Positions 55,886 to 64,000 of a stretch of DNA of 64,000 nt are shown one piece after another. The stretch lies in assembly GCF_009914755.1 (NCBI RefSeq), contig NC_060945.1; one strand, given 5' to 3'. Both the position numbers and the translations under genes were made by a program. The notes under the pieces are model-generated. The model saw only the letters and a program-made list of their open reading frames with translations, did not search any database and had not been told where the DNA came from. Each line of letters begins with the position of its first letter. The first letter of the stretch is position 1. The stretch comes from the human T2T-CHM13v2.0 reference genome, Homo sapiens.

Positions 55886-58800
55886 TCTATGTAGTTTTTA
55901 TGTGAAGATATTACCTTTTCCACCTTAGGCTGCAAATGGCTCCAAATATCCACATGCAGATGCTACAAAAAGAGAGTTTCAAAACTACTCTATCAAAAGA
56001 TAGGTTCACCTCTATGAGTTGAATAAGCACATCACAAAGTACTTTCTCAGAATGCTTCTGTGTAGTTTTTATGTGAAGATATTTCCTTATCTACCTTAGG
56101 CCTAAAAGCGCTCAAAATATCCATTTTCATACACTACAAAAAGAGGTTTCAAAACTGCTAAATCAAAAGAAAGGTTCAACTCTGTGAGATGAATGCACAC
56201 ATCACAAGAAATTTCTCACAATGTTTCTGTGTAATTTTTTTGTGGAGATAATTCCTTTTCCATAATAGTCCTCAAAGCACTCCAAATATCCATCCGCAGG
56301 TTCTACAAAAAGACTGTTTCAAAACTGCTCAATCAAAAGAGAGGTTCAACTATGTGATATGAATGCAAACATCACAAAGAAGTTTCTCAGAGTGCTTCTC
56401 TGCAGTTTTTATGTGAAAATATTTCCTTTTCCACAATAGGCCTCAAAGCGCTTCAAATATCCACTTGCAGATGCCTCACAAAGAGTGTTTCAAAACTGCT
56501 GTCTCAAAAGATAGGTTCAACATTTTGAGTTGAATGTTCACATAACAAAGAAGTTTCTCAGAGTGCTTCTGTGTAGTTTTAATTGGAAGACATTTACTTT
56601 TGCCCAAAAGGCTGCAAAGGGCTCCAAATACCCACTTGCAGATTCTACAAAAAGAGAGTTTCAAAACTGCCCTATCAAAAGATAGGTTCATCTATGTGAG
56701 ATGAAAGCACACATCATAAAGAAGTTTCTCATAATGGTTCTGTGTAGTTTTTATGTGAAGATAGTTCCTTTTCCACCATAGACCTCAATGCGCTCCAAAT
56801 ATCCACTGGCAGATTCTGCAAAAAGAGTGTTTAAAAATCGCTCTATCAAATGAAAGATTCAACTATGTGAGATGAGTGCACACATCACAAAGTAGTTTCT
56901 CAGAATGCTTCTGTGTAGTTTTTATGTGAGGATATATCCTTTTCCACCATAGGCTGCAAAGGGCTCCAAATATCCACTTGCAGATTCTACAAAAAGACAT
57001 TTTCAAAACTGCTATATGAAAAGATAGGATCAACACTGTGAGACGTATGCACACATCACAAAGAAGTTTCTCAGAATGCTTCTATGTAGTTTTTATGTGA
57101 AGATATTTCCTTTTCCACAACAGGCCTCAAAGCCCTCCAAATATCCACTTCCAGATTCTACAAAAGGAGAGTTTTAAAACTGCTCTATCAAAAGATAAGT
57201 TCAACTCTGTGAGTTGAATGCACACATCATAAAGAAGTTTCTCAGAATGCTTCTGTGTAGCTTTTATGTTAAGATAGTTCCTTTTCTTACGTAGGCTGCA
57301 AAGGGCTCCAAATATCCACTTGCAGATTCCACAGAAAGAGAGTTTCAAAACTGCTCTGTCAAAAGATAGGTTCAACTCCGTAAGATGAATGCACACATCA
57401 CAAAGAAGGTTCTCAGAACGCTTCAGTGTAGTTTTTAAGTGAAGATATTTCCTTTCCCACAATAGGCCCCAAATCGCTCCAAATAACTACTTGTGGATTC
57501 TACAAAAAGAGGGTTTTCAAAATGCTCAATCAAAAGAAAGGTTCAACTCAGTGAGTTGAATGCACGCATCACATGGAAGTTTCTCAGAATGCTTCTTTGT
57601 AGTTTTCATGGGAAGATATTTCCTTTTCCACAATAGGCCTGAAGCCCTCCATATATCCATTTGCAGATTCTACAAAAAGAGTGTTTCCAAATTTCTGAAT
57701 CAAAAGAGAGGTTCAAGCCCGTGAGATGAATGCACACATCACAAAGAAGTTTCTCAGAATGCTTCTGTGCAGTTTTTATGAGAAGATATTTAATTTTCCA
57801 CCATGGGCCGCAAAGGTTCCAAATATCCACTTGCAGATTCTACAAAAAGAGTGTTTCAAAACTGCTCAAGCAAAAGAAAGGTTCAACTCTGCGAGATGAA
57901 TGCACACATCACAAAGAAGTTTTTCAGAATGCTTCTGTGTAATTTTTATGTGAAGATATTTCCTTTTCCACCAGAGGATGCAATCGCTCTAAATATCCAC
58001 TTCCAGATTATACAAAAAGAGTGTTTCAAAACTGCTCAAACAAAAGAAATTTTCAATTCAGTGAGATGAATGCACACATCACAAAAATGTTTCTCAGAAT
58101 ACTTCTGTGTAGTTTTTATGAGAAGATATTTCGTTTTCAGCTGTGGGCCTGAAAACGCTCCAAATATCCATTTGCAGATAATACATAAGTAGAGTTTCAA
58201 GACTGCTCTATGAAAAGATAGGTTCAAATTTGTGAGATTAATGCACACATCACAAAGAAGTTTCTCAGAATGCTTCAGTGTAGTTTTTATGTGAAGATAT
58301 TTACCACCATAGAACTCAAAGCGCTCGAATTATACACTTGCAGATACTTCAAAAAGAGTGTTTCAAAACTGCTCAATCAAATGAAAGGTTCACATTTGTG
58401 AGACGAATGCATACATCAAAAAGCAGTTTCTCCGAATGCTTCTGTGTAACTTTTATATGAAGATAGTTCCTTTTCCACCATAGGCCTCAAAGTGCTCCAA
58501 ATGTCCACTTTCAGATTTCACAAAAAGAGTTTTTCCAAACTGCTCAACCAAAAGAAAGGTTCAACTCTTTGAGACGAATGCACACATCACAAAGTAGTTT
58601 CTCAGAATGGTTCTGTATAGTTTTCTTTGAAGAAATTTCCTTTTTCACAATAGGCCTCAAAGTGCTCCATATATCCACCCGCAGATTCTACGAAAAGTGG
58701 TTTTCCAAATGGCTCAATCAAGAAAGAAGTTCAACTCTATGAAATGAATGCACACATTCCAAAGAAGTTTCTCAGAATGCTTCTGTGCAGTTTTTATGTG

Positions 58801-61745
58801 AAGATATTTCCTTTTCCACCACAGGCCGCAAAAGGCTCCAAATATCCACTTGCAGATTCTACAAAAAGAGAGTTTCAACACTTCTCTATGAAAAGATATG
58901 TTAACCTCTGTGATTTGAATGCACACATCACAAAACAGTTTCTCAGTATGCTTCTGTGTAGTTTTTATATGAAGATATTTCCTTTTCCACAATAGGCCTC
59001 CAAGGGCTCCAAATATCCACTGGCAGATTCTACTAAAAGACTGTTTCCAAACTGCTCAATCAAAAGAAAGGTTCAGCTCTGAGAGATGAACACACACATC
59101 ACAAAGAAGTTTCCCAGCATGCTTCTGTGTAGTTTTTATGAGAAGATATTTCCATTTCCACCATCGGCCACAAAGGGCTCCAAATAACCACTTGCAGATT
59201 CTACAAAAAGAAGTTCAACTCTGTGAGATGAATGCACACAAAAAAAAGAAGTTTCTGAGAATGCTTCTGTGTAGTTTTTGGGTGAAGATATTTCCTTTTC
59301 CACAATAAGCCTCAAAGCAATCCAAATATCCACTGCCAGATTCTCCAAAAAGAGTGTTTGTTTCAAAACTGCTCAATCAAAGAATGCTTCGACTCTGGGA
59401 GATGAATACACATATCATTAAGAAGTTTCTCAGAATGCTTCAGTGTAGTTTTTATGCATAGATATGTCCTTTTCCACCATCGGCCAAAAAGAGGTCCAAA
59501 TAACCACTTGCAGATTCCACATAAAGAGAGCAAGAAAACTGCTCTATCAAAAGCTAGGTTCAACGCTGCGAGTTCAATGCATACATCACAAATAGGTTTC
59601 TCAGAATGCTTCTTTGTTGTTTTTATGTGAAGATACTTCCTTCTCCACCATAGCCTTCATGGTTCTCGAAATGTCCAATTGCAGAATCTACAAAAAGCAT
59701 ATTTCAAAACAGGTCCTTCAAAAGAAATTTTCAACTCTGGGAGATGAATGCACACATGACAAAGAAGTTTCTCAGAATGCTTCTGTGTAGTTTTTATGTG
59801 AAGATATTTCCTTTTCCACAATAAGCCTCAAAGCGTTCCAAATATCCACTTGCAGATTCTACAAAAAGATTATTTCAAAACTGCTCAACCAAATGAAAAG
59901 TTCAACTCTGTGAGATGAATGCATATATCCCAAAGAAGTTTCTCAGAATGCTTCTGTGTTGTCTTTATGTGAAGATATTTCCTTTTATACCATAGGCCTC
60001 AAAGTGCTCCAAACATCCACTTGCAGATTCTACAAAAAGAGTGTTTCAAAACTGATCAATCAAAAGAAAGGTTCAACTTTGTTAGATGAATGCACACAAA
60101 ACAAAGAAGTTTCTGGGAATGCTTCTGTGTAGTTTTTACTTAAGGACATAGCCTTTTCCACAATAAGCCTCAAAGCAATCAAAATATCCACTTGCAGATT
60201 CTACAAAAAAAGTGTTTCAAAACTGCTCAATCAAAGGAAAGATTCATCTCTGTGAAGTGAATGCACACATCACAAAGAAGTTTCTCAGAATCCTTCTCTG
60301 TAGTTTTCATGTTAAGATATATCCTTTTCCACTATAGGTCACAAAGGGCTCCAAATATCCACTTGCAGATTTTACAAACAGAGTGTTTCAAAACTACTCT
60401 ATCAAAAGATAGGTTCAACTCTGTGAGATGAATGCACGCATCACAAAGTAGTTTCTCAGAATGCTTCTGTGTAGTTTTTATGTGAAGATATTACCTTTTA
60501 CACCATCGGCCAAAAAGGGCTCAAAATAACCACTTGCAGATTCTACAAAAAGAGAGTTTCAAAACTGCTCTATCAAAAGATAGGTTCATCTCTGCAAGTT
60601 GAATGCATACATCACAAATTGATTTCTCAGAATGCTTCTGTGTGGTTTTTAATTGAAGATATTTCCTTTTCCACCATAGACCTCAAAACGCTCCAAGTAT
60701 CCACTTGCAGATTCTATGAAAAGAGTGTTTCAAAACTGCTCAATCAAAAGAAAGTTTCAACCCTGTGAGATGAAGGCACACATCACAAAGAAGTTTCTGA
60801 GAATGCTTCTGTGTAGTTTTTTGGGAAGATATTTCCTTTTCCACCATAGGCTTCAATGCGATGCAAATATCCACCTGCAGATTCTATAAAAAGAGTGTTT
60901 CAAAACCACTCTATCAAAAGAAATTTTCAACTCCGTGAGATGAATGTACACATCACAAAAATGTTTCTCAGAATGCTTCTGTGTAGTTTTTATGAGAAGA
61001 TATTTCCTTTTCAGCTATGGGCCTGAAAACGCTCCAAATATCCATTTGCAGATAATGCGTAAAGAGAGTTTCAAGACTGCTCTATGAAAAGATACGTTCA
61101 ACTCTGTCAGTTGAATGCATACTTCACAAAAATTTTCTCAGAAAGCTTCAGTGTAGTTTTTATGTGAAGATATTTCCTTTTCCAACATAGGACTCAAAGT
61201 GCTCCAAATATCCACTTGCAGATTATACAAAAAGTGTTTCAATGCTGCTCAATCAATTGAAAGTTTCAAATATGTGAGACAAATGCACACATCCCAAAGA
61301 AGTTTCTCAGAATGCTTTTGTGTAGCTTTTATGTGAAGATATTTTCTTTTGAAAACTAGGCCTCAAAACATTCATATATCCACTTGCAGATTCTTTAAAA
61401 AGAGTGTTTCTAAACTGCTCAATCAAAAGAGAGGTTCAACTTCGTGAGTTGAATCCACACATCAAAAAGAAGTTTCTCAGAAAGCTTCTGTGTAGTTCTT
61501 ATGTGAAGATATTTCCTTTTCCATCATAAGCCACAAAGGGCTCCATATATCCAATTGCAGATTCTACAAAAAGAGAGTTTCAAAACTGCTCTGTCAGAAG
61601 ATAGGTTCAACTCTGTGAGTTGAATGCACACATCACAAAGGAGTTTCTCAGAATGCTTCTGTGTAGTTTTTATGAGAAGATATTTCCTTTTCCATCATAG
61701 GCCTCAAAGTGTTCAAATTATCCACTTGCAGATTCTATAAAAGAA
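55881..61745 (-). repeat. Alpha satellite, layer C
   Basis: ~171-bp monomers with the layer C signature. Confidence 0.97.
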
Positions 61746-62430
61746 TGGCAATCATTAAAAAGTCACGAAAAAAGAGGTGCTGGAGAGGATGTGGAGAAAT
61801 AGGAACACTTTTACACTGTTGGTGGGACTGTAAACAAGTTCAACCATTGTGGAAGTCAGTGTGGCGATTCCTCAGGGATCTAGAACTAGAAATACCATTT
61901 GACCCAGCCATCCCATTACTGGGTATATACCCAAAGGAATATAAATCATGCTGCTATAAAGACACATGCACACGTATGTTTATTGAGGCGTTATTCACAA
62001 TAGCAAAGACTTGGAACCAACCCAAACGTTCAACAATGATAGACTGGATTAAGAAAATGTGGCACATATACACCATGGAATACTATGCAGCCATAAAAAA
62101 TGATGAGTTCATGTCCTTTGTAGGGACATGGATGAAATTGGAAATCATCATTCTCAGTAAACTATCGCAAGAACAAAAAACCAAACACCGCATATTCTCA
62201 CTCATATGTGGGAATTGAACAATGAGATCACATGGACACAGGAAGGGGAATATCACACTCTGGGGACTGTTGTGGGGTGGGGTGAGGGGTGAGGGATAGC
62301 ATTGGGAGATATACCTAATGCTAGATGACGAGTTAGTGGGTTCAGTGCACCAGCATGGCACATGTATACGTATGTGACTAACCTGCACAATGTGCACATG
62401 TACCCTAAAACTTAAAGTATAATAAAAAAA
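61742..62430 (+). mobile_element. LINE-1 #5, 5'-truncated (~690 bp), L1PA2-like
   Basis: Starts AGAATGGCAATCATT; 3' UTR ATTGGGAG..CTAGATGACGAGTTAGTGGG..CACAATGTGC; short A tail; probable TSD AAAAGAA at 61739-61745 and 62427-62433. Confidence 0.93.
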
Positions 62431-64000
62431 GAAAGTTTCAAAACTGCTCTATCACAAGATAGGTTCAACTCTGTGAGATGAATGCACACATCACAAAGAA
62501 GTTTCTCATAATGCTTCTGTGTAGTTTTTATGAGAAGATATTTATTTTTCCATCATAGGTCTCAAAGCACTCCAATTATCCACTTGCAGATTCTACAAAA
62601 AGAGAGTTTCAAAATGCTCAATCAAAAGAAAAGTTGAACTCTGTGAGATGAATGTTCACATCACAAAGAAGTTTCTCAGAATTCTTCTGTGTAGTTGTTA
62701 TGTGAAGATATTTCCTTTTCCACAGTATGGCTCTGAGGGCTCCAAATATCCAGCTGCAGATTCTACTAAAACAGTGTTTCCAAACTGCTAAATCAAAAGA
62801 AAGGTTCTACACTGTGAGATGAATGCACACATCACAAAGTAGTTTCTGAGAAGGCTTCTGTGTAGTTTTTATATGAAGATATTTCCATTTCCACAATAGG
62901 TCTCAAAGTGCTCCAAATATCCACTTGCAGATTTTACAAAAAGAGTGTTTCAAAATTGCCCAATCAAATGACAAGTTCAGCTCTGTGAGATGAATGCACA
63001 CATAACAAAGAAGTTTCTCAGAATGCTTCTCTGTAATTTTGGGGGAAAGATATTTCCTTTTCCACCATCGGCTACAAATGTCTCAAAATAACCACATGCA
63101 GATTCTACAAAAAGAGAGTTTCCAAACTGCTCTATCAAAAGATAGGTTCAACTCTGCGAGTTGAATGCAAACATCACAAAGAAGTTTCACAGAATGCTTC
63201 TGGGTAGTTTCTATGTGAAGATATGTCCTTTTCCACCATAGGCCTCAAAACGCTCTAAATATCCACTTGCAGACTCTACGAAAACAGTGTTTCAAAACTG
63301 CTCAATCAAAAGAAAGCTTCAACTCTGTGAAATCAATGCACACATCACAAAGAAGGTTCTCGGAATGCTTCTCTGCAGCTTTTAAGAGAATATATTTCCT
63401 TTTCCACAGCAGGCAACAAAGGACTCCAAATATCCATTTGCAGTTTGTACAAAAAGAGAATTTCAACACTGCTCTATCAAAAGACAATTTCAACTCTGTG
63501 ATATGAATGCACACATCACAAAGTATTTTCTCAGAATGCTTCTGTGTAGTTTTTATGTGAAGATATTTCCTTTTCCACCACAAGGCAAAACGGGCTCCAA
63601 ATATCCACGTGCAGATTATACAAAAAGAGTGTTTCAAAACTGCTCAATGAAAAGAAATTTCAACTCTGTGAGATGACTGCACTCAAAACAAAGAACTTTC
63701 TGAGAAAGCTTCTGTGTAGCTTTTATGTGAAAGTATTCCCTTTTCCACAATAGGCCTCAAAGCACTCCAAATATCCAATTGCAGATTCTACAAAAAGAGT
63801 GTTTCAAAACTGCTCAATCAACTGAAAGATTCAACTCTGTGAGTTGAATACACACATCACAAAGAAGTTTCTCAGAATGCTTCTGTGTAGTTTTTATGTG
63901 AAGATATTTCCTATTCAACAATAGGCCGCAAAGGGCTCCAAACATCCACTTGCAGATTCTACAAAAAGAGAGTTTCAAAACTGCTCTATGAAAAGATAGG
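62427..64000 (-). repeat. Alpha satellite, layer C (continues past the window end)
   Basis: ~171-bp monomers. Confidence 0.97.

Noticed and set aside
61709-62218. 169-aa alpha-satellite/L1 ORF2 fusion ORF (also 16754-17254)
   Set aside because: Chance in-frame junctions. The first begins at a GTG in satellite and neither has promoter or expression evidence; both encode only ORF2 C-terminal remnants.

Overview
This is primate pericentromeric heterochromatin, most likely great ape or human given the L1PA2-type 3' UTRs. I find no intact host gene. About 45 kb is divergent ~171-bp alpha satellite with pJalpha/A-box monomers and no CENP-B box seen. It forms three sequence-distinct layers: A (1-18700), an inverted dimeric layer B (26413-32626) and C (32631-64000). 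A 7.7-kb mixed (GGAAT)n/(GGAGT)n satellite III-like block (18698-26418) separates A from B and carries ten copies of a conserved ~79-bp cassette built around an Alu 3'-arm fragment, in two subtypes. Five L1PA2-4-like LINE-1 insertions interrupt the alpha satellite: one twin-primed and inverted, one near-full-length with an ORF1/ORF2 junction deletion and a 3' transduction, and three 5'-truncated. All ORF-track entries are either dead L1 fragments or satellite artefacts. I found no evidence of a new protein-coding system; the most unusual structure is the Alu-cassette/pentamer composite satellite. Coordinates and subfamily calls were read by eye, and consensus comparisons are from memory.
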